Source: Amphiscolops sp. MND2022
Lineage: Eukaryota
Length of the DNA stretch: 64,000 bases
NCBI GenBank assembly: GCA_964187785.1
Contig: OZ076413.1
Coordinates: forward strand, 47,370,001 to 47,434,000
Reading direction: 5' to 3'
The first letter of the stretch is position 1. Each line of letters begins with the position of its first letter. A program made the translations under genes and the position numbers. This document shows, in pieces, positions 13,410 through 26,900 of the stretch. Below the pieces are notes generated by a model. The model did not search any database. It was not told the DNA's origin and saw only the letters and a list, made by a program, of their open reading frames with translations.

Positions 13410-15795
13410 TATTTTCCGTCCTTATTTCTTATGGAAAAGAAAGTATTTAAATCAAACGGATTTTTTTCACAAGTTTACCAAGTTTCAAATTTTTATCCAA
13501 GTTGAAGGGTTTCGCCCATAGAATTCAACTGACGTAAAAACAAAATTATCATGCGGTCTGTGTTTGTTCAGAATTTCCAATTGACCTCAGAGATCCCAGA
13601 ATGACACAAAAATGACCCATAAAAATGCAAAAATTTCGTGACTTAGAATGTTGAAAATGTTCAGAGAGAAAAAAATTCGTTGTCCAAGAGGATTTTTTGA
13701 GATTATGAATGCATTTTCGAAACAAAAACTCCTATAATTCAGTCGGAAAATGACAAAATTTCAAAAGTTTTCATATTATTAACGTTTTTATGCAAAGTTT
13801 GTCTAGTTTCCGAGAAATTTGGAGGCTTAAATGTTGAAAACGTTCAACAAGGAAAGAATTCGCTGTTCGGGAAGCTTTTGTAAAATGATGAATGCAGTTT
13901 TCCAAAGAAAAACGGCTTAAGAAACGAAAATGACGAAAAGTTCAAACTTTACTGATTTTTCACGTTTTATGCATTTTTTGTGAACTTTTCATCTTTTTCA
14001 TGCATTAGAACTCTCAAACCGTTCAACAACATCTGACATCGTTGTCCAACAGGCTTTTTGAAGAGAGAAATTCAGTTTTTAATTGAAAAATATGCTTTCA
14101 TTTGACAACAAAATTGTCGAAGAGTCAAAACAATTTTCTAGTTCATGTAGCTTCTTGATGTTATTTGAGTACGTTTTTCACAGTACATTTTTCAAACTGT
14201 GAGTTAGAAGTTTCAAAAACATTCGAAAGCAAAAAAAACTAAGTAAGTAGTATTTTTGAAGTGAAAAACACAGTGTTTTACATCGGAAACTCTTCAGAAC
14301 AACTCCAGTGAGTCGAAAAGTAGAAAAACTGAAATTTTCAAAGGTTTTCGTGCGAAGTCTGTCAAGTTTTCTGAACGTTTCACAGTTTGAATACTAGAAG
14401 GGTTTAACAACAAATCCGGTTATTATCGAGTTGGCTTTTGAGGGGCTACTTGCTGAATTGGGTTTGGGAAATCTCTCAATATGAACCAAAAAAGCCTGAC
14501 TTATCGAAACTTTCATATTTCTGGCAATTTTGAAATCTGTTTGTGAAAGTTTTTGTAAATTAGATGGTTCAAAGGCTTCAGGCGATTCATCAAGCTATGC
14601 AGTGCTCCTTTCGAAGGAAGACGGTTTACGTTTCTAGGCAGAACAATTTCTCACAATGACCCAAAGGAGTCGGAAATCCAAAACAATCACGAGAAACTAG
14701 TTCTGTGAACTTTGAAAGATTTTGTAACTATGCACTTTAAAACGTTTCATCAAAACTTGGATATATTGTCCAGGGGGCTTTTTGAAAAAAAAACAATTGC
14801 AGGTTATGTTTAAAAATATGCCTAAATTTCACCCCAAAGCATCGAAAACACAAATCTTATCACTTTGTCGTTTTTTCTGCAAACTTTTTTCAAGTTTGAA
14901 CGTCTTTGAGGTTGAAAATATTCAAAACACTCAAAAACGAACAAAATAGCCATGCAGTTGGCTATTTTGAAGAGAGACCTGCAGTGTTTCTCTTCAAAAA
15001 CCCTTCAAAAATGACCATCAGTCGGAAATGAGAAACAATCCAAATTCAACATTTCTTATGCAAAGTTCTGAGTTTCTTGAGATGTTTTCATCGTTGGTAG
15101 AATGAAAACGTTCAGTAGCGAACAAATGCGGTATCCAGTTGCCTTTTCGAAGGTCAATTACAGTTTCACATTGAAAAAGAGCCTCAGAATGACCACAGAA
15201 AAATTAAAAAAAATCAAATTTTGGCAGTGTTTGACAATTTTGTGAACTTTTAATAAAAATTAGCAAAATTTCAGAAGATTCTGAAAATCTAAACATTTTA
15301 AATAGGCTTGCAGAATGTTCAAAAAAAGAAGTTTACTTTAAAAGGAGTAAAAAGTTTGTCGAAACGTCTTAAAATCTCAAGAAAATTCAAATTTTTTATA
15401 TTCGAAATGTTTTTATAGTTTTTTGTAAACTTTTTGAGCAATTTAGTACTTCAACACGACTGGACCCGGTATCCAATAAGCGTTTATGAAAAAACATCTG
15501 CATATTTTTTCTAAGTTTTGACGTTTTTGATGACTTTTCGAGCAAAATTATAAAAAGTTCAATGGTTAGGTTTTGGTATCCACGCAGGCCGACAAGAAAA
15601 AAAATTGGTGCTCCGTGTGTTCTTCTTTTGTTTCTCTCTGAAATTGGATGACAATAATTAAAAAGTGTCAAACATTTTTTTCATCGAATTTTTATCCTTT
15701 TTCATTGTGCAATGACTACTCTTGAGCCTCGAAAGATGTCCTTGCTAGACCAGTTTGGACAGAAAACATCCTGCTTCTCAGTGGGCGTCTTCCTA
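13410..15795. repeat. Dispersed non-autonomous element containing a degenerate ~180-bp tandem array
   Basis: Head (ATGGAAAaGaAA...CCCATAGAATTCAACTGACGT) and tail (CTACTCTTGAGCCTC...TGCTAGA...ATCCTGCT) are shared with 61890-64000. Recurrent AATGTTGAAAA(T/C)GTTCA-like motif at ~13647, ~13829, ~14008 and onward. Confidence 0.6.
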
Positions 15796-17121
15796 TTAGA
15801 ATAAGTGGATTGTCTAATAATAGACGATTCCTAATAGATAAGCTAAAATGGGACAACGTTTTATAGAACGTAAATACAAACGACGAAAGTCATGTATCTA
15901 AGAACGAAAATTCTGCCCACGAAATTTGTGACGATGAACTTTCTGTCAACAAATTTTCTGACGACGAAATTTCTGACGAGAAAGTTTATGACACCAAAGT
16001 TCAGGTAATCATATTTATTCCACTGAGAACATTTACTGTCCTGCATTGAGAAAACTGTTGTAGTATTCAATTGTTTTGTAAACTGGTTTCTTACTCCGAC
16101 GTATTTCCTCTCCTAAACTGAAAAAAAGCTTTTAATCGCTTTTTTTAAAAATAAAAATGTCATCATCATCATCCAAAAACAAGCTAGTTAGGGCGTTTGG
16201 AGGGTTTCTATGTGTTTTCCATTGCTTCTGTTTTTTTGATACAATGGATTCTGTGTTTTTTGAATTCCAAATTGTTTTGATTACTTTTTTTTGTTTTTGA
16301 CAAAATTACTAGCAACAGAATCGGCTTGTTAAGGCGGCTTTATCTATCATCCAAAACATTCAAATTAGTTTCAGTTACCTAATTTTATGGGTAAAATAGA
16401 GACTCAAAGAATTTACCGTGTAAAAAGTCAGTTTTTTACATGTACTCCAGACTATTTCTTACTGATAAAGATTCAGTCTTATTACAGACTTGAATTTGCC
16501 CAGAGATGCTCATTTCATCTAAAGCTTTCTTTCAAAATTTGATGTTTGAGAGCACGACGGTGTATCTTGCAATAATTTAGCACAAAAAACAAAATCCTCA
16601 GAGCGTAATAGCTCCGACTTTTTGGTTCCTTTTCGTTGACTGAAAACCACCTATTTTAGTCGATTTTTTTTACAGATCATACAGGGATTTTGTCAGGAAA
16701 GTTTGACATGCACAGCCGGTCACCACCGTAACCGTCAAACATACCGCAGAAAACGCGGACTTAGACGGAGAGACTTGGCTTTATTTACCAACAGACTCTA
16801 AATGCTTTCAATCTATGTTGATCAGTTTTGTAAGCATTAGTATGTCGAAAGATGATGAAGTATAGTTTGTTTGATGTTAACTTTTAAATTAAAGATCTGT
16901 TTTAACCTTAGAACAGCCGAATACAACAGTAGGCATTCTTTCAAGTTGACGGCTGGAGTTGAGGACGGCTATCTCTCGCTACGATCATACTACAGTGTGG
17001 CTTTAATCGTAGTACGAATCGTAGCACAATCAAACCTGAGACTTTTGCATGATTTTGTCGCGATTGTAATACCATCGTTCAACTACGATGTGTCTGAAGG
17101 GTCAACCCAGGAGTTCAATAC

Positions 17122-17993
17122 CCCAGGTTTTCGATCTTTGCGAATCTGTGCAGATCTGCAGGATTTTTGCAGATCTTTGCAGATATGTGCAGATCTGCAG
17201 GATTTTTAAAGATTTTTGCAGATATGTGCAGATTCGAAGAAAAATGACCTTATCAGAAACACACCAAAAACCAAACAGCGATGTCAAACGAATAATGAAA
17301 ATGTTTAAAACTCGAGAGAAGTCTCATTTATATCAAAATGATGAAACATTTTTCTGCAGCAATCTGTACAGATCTGTAGAGTTTTGCAGATCTTTACAGA
17401 TCTTTACAGATCCAAACAATGACCAGTAAATTACTGTAACGTATTCCGAGTTACCAGAAATTATTAAAATTACTCCAACAAACCATGTTCCCGAAATATT
17501 ACAACAACAACACTTTATCAACACATCTACCAACCCAGAAGGTTGCCACATGTCAAATTTCATCCGTCAAAACGAAATCAATGAGGCAAACGAGCTTGTC
17601 AAAGTTCAACAACCACATCTGGAAAGTTCAAGTGAAATGGATAGATTACGGTGTATAACCAATACGGCTCATTCTGCAGTCACCATAACTACCGTGATGG
17701 GGACAAATGTTTCTTCTCGAGAATTTTGAGTGATCGAGAGTATCAACTGACCGAGCCTTGGTCAGCTAAAGTAGTCGATGAAGTAGTTAAAGAAGTCCAA
17801 AAATGCAGTCATTGGTTCCTCAGAAGCTGCAGAGAAACATATTTCTGCAAAAATCTTTAAAGAAAATCTGCACACTTCTGTAAAGATCTTGCAGATCTGT
17901 ATGGATCTTCAAGATTCAGTGCAACGATCTTTGCAGAACTCTGCAGAAAAATCCTGCAGATCTGCACAGATTCGCAATGATCGAAAACCTGGG
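17122..17993. mobile_element. 872-bp non-autonomous TIR element (CMC/EnSpm-like)
   Basis: ~47-bp TIRs CCCAGGTTTTCGATC(T/A)TTGCGAATCTGTGCAGATCTGCAGGATTTTT; 2-bp TSD AC/AC; subterminal TGCAGATCT repeats. Confidence 0.85.
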
Positions 17994-18159
17994 ACCCGTG
18001 CGCTTCACAGATTCAGAGTGCGTGTAACTTAAATTTATAATGATCCTAAAAAGAAGATACAATGACAGCCTCAATAGCACTAATCGTTCAATCGAAACAG
18101 TATTTGTACGAATGACTTTTCTTTGGCAATAAATAAGCTGTTCTTCATATTAATGAGTT

Positions 18160-18825
18160 ATTATTTTCCGCCCATATTTCATATGGGAAAGGAAAATATT
18201 TAAATCAAACGTTTTTTTAACAAAATTTGCCAAGAATTATTGTATACGTAATATGAAGAGGTACATTCACAGAATTCACCTGACATAAATTTAGTTCCAT
18301 GCGATATGTATTTGTAAAGATTTTTGGACTTTTTTGGGTGACCCCATATGACTCCAAAACTTTCTATTGAATTAAGAAAAACCAACTTGCTCAAAATTGA
18401 TGAAAGGAATAAAGAAAAACTTTAATGGTCGAAATTTGTAACAGCAGTAATAGTTCGAGGCCGCCTTAATTGTCAATTTTTGCCAAGATAAGTATTCAAA
18501 AGCAATGAGCAAAAACAGGTTTTAGCTTTGGCGTTTTTCTAAAGATGCATCTATTTAAATATGCTTAAAGATTTTAAAGGATCGGACGTTAACTTCCATT
18601 GCCACCAGCAACGAACTTTTTTTATTGAGCCAAACTAACAATTATGAGTCCATCTAAAATATTCACCTTCGATGTTTGGCTAAAATGTCGTATTTACAAT
18701 TCAAATGCAAAAAGGTCGTCACACAGTGCTACTAAGTTTTCTGATTAGACTGTGGACTTAAAACGATTTTGTTGCTCAAATGATTTGGGGCGGAAAATAT
18801 CCCGCTGGTCCGCGGGCGTCTTGTT
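18160..18825. repeat. Short copy of the 13410-15795 repeat family
   Basis: Shared head (CATATGGGAAAGGAAAATATTTAAATCAAACG...GAATTCACCTGAC...CATGCGATATGTATTTGTA) and tail AATATCCCGCTGGTCCGCGGGCGTCTTGTT. Confidence 0.55.
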
Positions 18826-19822
18826 GTAGATTTTTCCGACAAAATTTCATCTTCCATTGTGCAAGCAGCAAATTTTTGCAACAATTAACTATTTGCCCTT
18901 CCTGGAAATTTTTGAATCTTTGGTAGTGAAAAAAAATTGCACAGGAGCAATGACGAATGTTTCCAGCATTGCTTTCATACTTGATACCTCTGGAGCTGAA
19001 AGCCAGAACAAGAAAATACGGTTACAAGTTATGATGTGTGAATTATGGAATCTGCTGTATTAAAACATAATCTTCCGGAAAGACTACAGTCGGAAAGTTG
19101 GTTCAAGCACTGAACATTTATCATTATAACGTGAGCTAGTTACCTGCGCACTCTTAGATAACGGTTTGCTTCAAAATCTGTATTGATACTTCTAGCAGCA
19201 GGAAACTTAGGTGACAGGTTTTGAGAAAGATTTAACAAGGAAGTTTTTCAAGGATAGATGAGAACAGATTGTGTTTCACCTGTGTAGGCGGTTGAGGCCG
19301 AGGTCTTGGCCTTCTTCGAATCTAAAACATTCTCTGGGTACTTTTACCCGTTTCGATGTTTCAATCAGTCCCATACAAAATCATCGCTCGGATTGCAAGG
19401 GACTGTTGGGGCTGAACAGGAAATGCTAACAAAGCTCAACCTCAATGAATAAAGGAAATACCGAATAAAATGTTTTACGTATACGACAAAACTGATAAAG
19501 AGTAGTCGAAACGTCCGACATTTTCTGCAATAATCTTACAAAGTAAAAAATAACTTGCAAGAACATACATATCTAGGAAGATTTTTGGATAAATTTTGGG
19601 AGACCAGACGAAAACTGCCAAGATCTTGAAAGATCAGACAAAAACTCTTAAGCTCTTGAAAAATTGAATAAAAAACCTAGAACTTGCAAGTCACCTGGCA
19701 AAATAGTGCATTAAAATCCAAGATCTTAGATAAAAATCTGCCAGCTTCTTGCATTTTTGTGTGAAGTTTCAACTATGGAAGGTAAACATGGCTTTAAATG
19801 TGTGCAAAAACTACCGTGTAAC

Positions 19823-20026
19823 AGTTATATTTCTAAGCTAGGTTAATATAGGACAAGATGATAAAATATAAAGTGTATTCAGTACGACTGTTCCGTAACA
19901 AAAGTATATACTAAATGTATATAAATTGTATTCTAATTTCAAGTTTGTATGTAAACAACTTGTATGGTTGTCTAAAGAGTCTAGACCGAAGCTCGGTAAA
20001 GGTCATTCGGAATCAACCGTATTACG
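19823..20026 (-). repeat. 3' LTR (204 bp)
   Basis: Identical to 29141-29344 except for the first and last base. Confidence 0.95.
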
Positions 20027-20043
20027 TTTCCCCCTCTCTCTTC
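20027..20043 (-). other. Polypurine tract (PPT)
   Basis: Minus strand reads GAAGAGAGAGGGGGAAA, abutting the 3' LTR. Confidence 0.85.
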
Positions 20044-20188
20044 GGGTTTTCTTTAGTTTGTTGATGAGCTTCCTGGAGGGGTTATATCTTCGGGCATGAA
20101 GTCGGCTGGTTTGTGCGTCATTTGTGGCACTGGTGTTCCCTTTCGAGAGATCCAATTTGAGCCTGTAACAACATGAACATTTTTATTT

Positions 20189-23100
20189 TTATCCCCAAAA
20201 ATTTCCAGTATAAGGTACGCTACCGTATCTATTCGGTTTATTTATGTTTCGGCTAGATCGCCGTATTTTATTATCAATGTTCTCACCCTGTGGGATTTCG
20301 TCGCCATCCGTGTGGATTTGCATTGCATCCTCCTCGGGGTTGGCTTGAATCGACTGGTACCGACCATTTCGTTCTGACGTGTCATATGTTCGGCGACCGA
20401 TTTCTTTCGGCATTTCTTCGTCATCATCATCGTCCTCATCGTCCGTTTCTGATACACTGACTTTCCGGTTCTGGACAATTTTGAATTTGCCGTTTAGGAT
20501 GTCGCGCAATATCTCATCCCATCGGCCGTACTTTCCGTCCAGACCACTCAAGCAGTGTCGGTTTTTCGGTGTTATTTCGGCATTGGTTAGTGCCGTGTCT
20601 CTCAATATTTTCTTCTCGGTCTGAAACAGTGGTCCCGAAATGAATTTTCGGAATATTATTTTTCCCGTATCTGTTTTTACGGTATTTTCGGTTCCGTCAA
20701 TTGCGGTTTGTATTTTCTTCTGAAATCTCCCTTCAAGTGTTTTGTTGTGGTTTTTTTCTACAAATTTAAAAGGATATCTAACCGAACTTTTCTTCTTCGG
20801 TGATTTTGGGCCTTCGTTTGCCTGTTTTTCTTCTGCCTTGGTCTTTGCCCAGATTATGTGGTTTGTGATTTCACCATCGGCATCCCGACCCACATAAATG
20901 GGGATCTTCGGTTTATTTGGTGCTGAAATAGACATTTCTGACCAATCCGATAGATACGTTTTCCCGTCTTTAACTATGTTAGTTAATTCGGTTCTCGGTT
21001 TTCTACCGTGGTGTAATTCAAATGGTGTTCTTTTTAGTACGGTATGTATTGTGAAACGCATTACTCGGAGCGCCCGGTTTATGCTTTCGTTCAATTCGAT
21101 TCCTTCTTCCAGGTTGGTTAGCATAAGGTTTTTCAAAGTTTGTATCGCCCGTTCGACGGCTCCGTTTCCCGTATGTAGTCGGGGTGTACAATATTCAATT
21201 TCTATATTTCGGCTTTTACAAAATTCTCTATACACTTTTGAGATAAAGGCTCCCCCTTTATCGGATTTAACTTTTCCGGTAACCCGTATAAATTAAAGTT
21301 ATTCGTTAGAAAATTTATAACTTCTTTCGTTTCGGCGATTTTGCAAATTTTAACCGCAGGCCATTTGCTGAAACGATCTATTGCTATCAAGATTTGTACG
21401 TCTTCGTTTATTTTTTTATTATGAAGTTTTCCGGTAAAGTCGATTTGTATTTCTTGGCCCGGTTCGGTTAATGTTTTCAAATTTCCGTAGTGGCTTTTCG
21501 GTAATTGATATTTTAAATTTTTACCTGAAGCGAGGCAGGCAGTGTAGTCTTTGGCCTTATTCTCAATGTCCCGAGTAATGTTCGGCCACCAAAAGATTTT
21601 GGCTTCGGCTGTCATCTTCGTCAAGCCGGCATGACCGAAATGAAAGATGTCGAGTAGTCGTCTTCGGAGGTCCACCGGAACTACAATCTGATCGTCCATA
21701 AATATAAGTCCCCATCGGATTGAGAGTTTTCCGAATACTTGTTTGTAGCCTTCGGGAGTTGCTTCTCTGTCTTCCCGTCTCATGCTGATTCTAACTCTTG
21801 TGAGTTCGGGGTCGATGGCTGTTCTCCTTATCAGGGTCTTCAGGTCCATCATGAACTCGAATTTGGCCTTCTTAATTGTTTCTTCGGTTATCTTTTTGTT
21901 TTCGGATAACTTTCCCACAGTATGATTTATCTGAATATAGTGGGCCTCTTTCCCTTCTGTGTTAAACTTGCTCAAGTCCACTATTGGCAAGTTGTCTCCT
22001 CTCAGGATTAGGCTGTCTTCTTCTGTTTCCGGCTGTTCGGGTTCGATTTCGCCTTCTTCTGTATTTTGGGGTTCTCCTGTTTCTTCGGTAAGTGGGTGGT
22101 AGCCTCCTCCGATTCGATTTGTTCGTTGTATCAGTTCCGCGTCTATCTCCGCGATTTCTTCTCGGCTACGTTTATTTGGACGAGTTGGTGCAAATATTGT
22201 CCGTTGTGTGTGCGGATCGTATCTCCTTCTCGGTGTTCCTGGCTTTGATAAGTTGTTTCTCAACTCGACAAGTATGCGTGTCTCCGGGCTTTTATTTCTC
22301 CTCTGGATTTTTTCCATGATCTCCCTTGTTGCGCCCCAATGGTGAAAATTGTCTCTATCCATTTCGGTAGTTTCCGTTTTTGAATTCTTCTTTTGAATAA
22401 TGTTTCGATGGTTCAAAGAGCAGCTTGATTTTGAGGCGCTAATATCGGACTGCCCGGATGTGCTTTTCTCATTTCGGTTTATTTTGTTCACGCCGTTTGT
22501 TCTCAAAAAGTCTACTCGCTTGTGATTGGTTGTTTTGTTGCTCAATTTTGTTCTCCGATCTACCGTTCTCTGTTTCGGTCACGCGTTTGCTGGTATCTGA
22601 TTGGTCGGCGAATAATTGTCCGTATTTTGCGTTTAGTTTCGCTTGTTCGGATAACATGTTAATTACATATTCCTCATCGTTTTTATCTTCCGGTGTGGCT
22701 CCCTCTACCGGATTTCTACTGAGATAGTCAGTGAATTTCGAATTACTTCCCGCGATATGTTGTATTGCGATGTCAAAATGTGCCAGTCGGTCTAACCACC
22801 GAGTTAATCTTGCACTGTATTGTTTATTGCACCGATTTCGTTTTATTAATGGTTCCAGTGCTTGGTGGTCTATGTATAAATACACTTTCTTTCCGTAAAG
22901 GTGGAATCGGAATTTTTCTAATCCCCAAACTACTGCTAGTAATTCCAATTCACCGATTGAGTAATTTTTTTCGGTATCGTTTAAATATCTGCTTCCGTAT
23001 GCAATCGGTTTTATATTTCCGTCGTCTTGTTTTTGCCATAATGTTTTACCGAGTCCGGTTTTGCTGGCATCGGTTGTCACCATGTTGTCTTTGTCTTTCG

Positions 23101-23954
23101 CATAGTGCGCTAAACATGGACCTTCGGTTAACATTTGTTTTATTCGGTTGAAGTCCGTCTCTTGTTCCGGTCCCCATATCCATGGTTCGCTCTTTTTCAA
23201 TAATTTTCTCAGTCGGTCTGTTTGTTCCGAGAGTTTCGGTAGAAATTTTGCCATATATTGTATAGCACCGAGAAACGATTTCAGGTCTTTTGTGTTTTCC
23301 GGTAGTTTTAGTTTTAATATTGCTTCCACTTTCTCGTCGTTCGGTTTTATTCCGTTTTCATTTATTTCGTGTCCGAGCCATTTTGTTTCCTTCATGAAGA
23401 ATTCGGATTTCTTTTTACTTGCCCGGTATCCAGCTTTTTCTAGTTTATCCAGGACGTCAAATAGTTTCTTTTCATGATCTTGTTTACTTCCCCGTGTTAC
23501 TATTATTATGTCGTCTAACCATGCCGGTGTACAATATTCAAGGGTTCGGTCTATTTTTTCCTGGAAGATTGTGGGTATGTCGGCGAGACCGTAAAACCCT
23601 TTTTTAAATCGGTAATATCCGCTGAAGTTTCCTCCGGTTAGTGCGAATACGCATTGTCGGCTTGTCTCTTCTGATAATTTCATTTGTCCGTATGCGTAGT
23701 CTAAGTCAATCTTTGACATAAATAATTGTGTTGTCCGGTCGCGTGTAATTTCCACCGAAATTTGATTTAACAATTCTTCCATATTCGGCATATGGGGTCT
23801 CATTTTTATGCAGCTGTCGTTTAGTTTTCGTGAATCAAGTGCTATTTTTACCGATTTGTCGCTTTTCACTGTGATCACTACCGGTGATACAAAACAGTCT
23901 TCGTCTACATCATTTATTTTTTCTAGGTGTCCGGTTCGGATTAATTTCTTCAAT
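20189..23954 (-). pseudogene. pol: Pol copy 1 (RT-RNase H-integrase), frameshifted
   Basis: ORFs 22469-24175 (WLDD, TTDASK), 21202-22545 (HFGH, QIDF) and 20189-21235 (NGAVERAI). Frameshifts near 22500 and 21270. Confidence 0.9.
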
Positions 23955-26900
23955 TCGCCGTATTTAATTATCAATGTTCTCACCCTGTGGGATTTCGTCG
24001 CCATCCGTGTGGATTTGCATTGCATCCTCCTCGGGGTTGGCTTGAATCGGCTGGTACCGACCAGTTCGTTCTGACGTGTCATATGTTCGGCGACCGATTT
24101 CTTTCGGCATTTCTTCGTCATCATCATCGTCCTCATCGTCCGTTTCTGATACACTGACTTTCCGGTTCTGGACAATTTTAAATTTGCCGTTTAGGATGTC
24201 GCGCAATATCTCATCCCATCGGCCGTACTTTCCGTCCAGACCACTCAAGCAGTGTCGGTTTTTCGGTGTTATTTCGGCATTGGTTAGTGCCGTGTCTCTC
24301 AATATTTTCTTCTCGGTCTGAAACAGTGGTCCCGAAATGAATTTTCGGAATATTATTTTTCCCGTATCTGTTTTTACGGTATTCTCGGTTCCGTCAAATG
24401 CGGTTTGTATTTTCTTCTGAAATCTCCCTTCAAGTGTTTTGTTGTGTTTTTTTTTCTACAAATTTAAAAGAATATCTAACCGAACTTTTCTTCTTCGGTG
24501 ATTTTGGGCCTTCGTTTGCCTGTTTTTCTTCTGCCTTGGTCTTTGCCCTGATTATGTGGTTTGTGATTTCACCATCGGCATCCCGACCCACATAAATGGG
24601 GATCTTCGGTTTATTTGGTGCTGAAATAGACATTTCTGACCAATCCGATAGATACGTTTTCCCGTCTTTAACTATGTTAGTTAATTCGGTTCTCGGTTTT
24701 CTACCGTGGTGTAATTCAAATGGTGTTCTTTTTAGTCCGGTATGTATTGTGAAACGCATTACTCGGAGCGCCCGGTTTATGCTTTCGTTCAATTCGATTC
24801 CTTCTTCCAGGTTGGTTAGCATAAGGTTTTTCAAAGTTTGTATCGCCCGTTCGACGGCTCCGTTTCCCGTATGTAGTCGGGGTGTACAATATTCAATTTC
24901 TATATTTCGGCTTTTACAAAATTCTCTATACTCTTTTGAGATAAAGGCTCCCCCTTTATCGGATTTAATTTTTCCGGTAACCCGTATAAATTAAAGTTAT
25001 TCGTTAGAAAATTTATAACTTCTTTCGTTTCGGCGGTTTTGCAAATTTTAACCGCAGGCTATTTGCTGAAACGATCTATTGCTATCAAGATTTGTACGTC
25101 TTCGTTTATTTTTTTATTATGAAGTTTTCCGGTAAAGTCGATTTGTATTTCTTGGCCCGGTTCGGTTAATGTTTTCAAATTTCCGTAGTGGCTTTTCGGT
25201 AATTGATATTTTAAATTTTTACCTGAAGCGAGGCAGGCAGTGTAGTCTTTGGCCTTATTCTCAATGTCCCGAGTAATGTTCGGCCACCAAAAGATTTTGG
25301 CTTCGGCTGTCATCTTCGTCAAGCCGGCATGACCGAAATGAAAGATGTCGAGTAGTCGTCTTCGGAGGTCCACCGGAACTACAATCTGATCGTCCATAAA
25401 TATAAGTCCCCATCGGATTGAGAGTTTTCCGAATACTTGTTTGTAGCCTTCGGGAGTTGCTTCTCTGTCTTCCCGTCTCATGCTGATTCTAACTCTTGTG
25501 AGTTCGGGGTCGATGGCTGTTCTCCTTATCAGGGTCTTCAGGTCCATCATGAACTCGAATTTGGCCTTCTTAATTGTTTCTTCGGTTATCTTTTTGTTTT
25601 CGGATAACTTTCCCACAGTATGATTTATCTGAATATAGTGGGCCTCTTTCCCTTCTGTGTTAAACTTGCTCAAGTCCACTATTGGCAAGTTGTCTCCTCT
25701 CAGGATTAGGCTGTCTTCTTCTGTTTCCGGCTGTTCGGGTTCGATTTCGCCTTCTTCTGTATTTTGGGGTTCTCCTGTTTCTTCGGTAAGTGGGTGGTAG
25801 CCTCCTCCGAGTCGATTTGTTCGTTGTATCAGTTCCGCGTCTATCTCCGCGATTTCCTCTCGGCTACGTTTATTTGGACGAGTTGGTGCAAATATTGTCC
25901 GTTGTGTGTGCGGATCGTATCTCCTTCTCAGTGTTCCTGGCTTTGATAAGTTGTTTCTCAAATCGACAAGTCTGCGTGTCTCCGGGCTTTTATTTCTCCT
26001 CTGGATTTTTTCCATGATCTCCCTTGTTGCGCCCCAATGGTGAAAAGTGTCTCTATCCATTTCGGTAATTTCCGTATTTGAATTCTTCTTTTGAATAATG
26101 TTTCGATGGTTCAAAGAGCAGCTTGATTTTGACGCGCTAATATCGGACTGCCCGGATGTGCTTTTCTCATTTCGGTTTATTTTGTTCACGCCGTTTTTGT
26201 TCTCAAATATTCTACTCGCTTGTGATTGGTTGTTTTGTTGCTCAATTTTGTTCTCCGATCTACCGTTCTCTGTTTCGGTCACGCGTTTGCTGGTATCTGA
26301 TTGGACGGCGAATAATTGTCCGTATTTTGCGTTTAGTTTCGCTTGTTCGGATAACATGTTAATTACATATTCCTCATCGTATTTATCTTCCGGTGTGGCT
26401 CCCTCTACCGGATTTCTACTGAGATGGTCCGTGAATTTCAAATTACTTCCCGCGATATGTTGTATTGCGATGTCAAAATGTGCCAGTCGGTCTAACCACC
26501 GAGTTAATCTTGCACTGTATTGTTTATTGCACCGATTTCGTTTTATTAATGGTTCCAGTGCTTGGTGGTCTATGTATAAATACACTTTCTTTCCGTAAAG
26601 GTGGAATCGGAATTTTTCTAATCCCCAAACTACTGCTAGTAATTCCAATTCACCGATTGAGTAATTTTTTTCGGTATCGTTTAAATATCTGCTTCCGTAT
26701 GCAATCGGTTTTATATTTCCGTCGTCTTGTTTTTGCCATAATGTTTTACCGAGTCCGGTTTTGCTGGCATCGGTGGTCACAATGTTGTCTTTGTCTTTCG
26801 CATAGTGCGCTAAACATGGACCTTCGGTTAACATTTGTTTTATTCGGTTGAAGTCCGTCTCTTGTTCCGGTCCCCATATCCATGGTTCGCTCTTTTTCAA

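Noticed and set aside
22469..24175. Novel N-terminal extension on RT (568-aa ORF)
   Set aside because: Artefact of the duplication junction; the extension is an alternative frame of the integrase tail.
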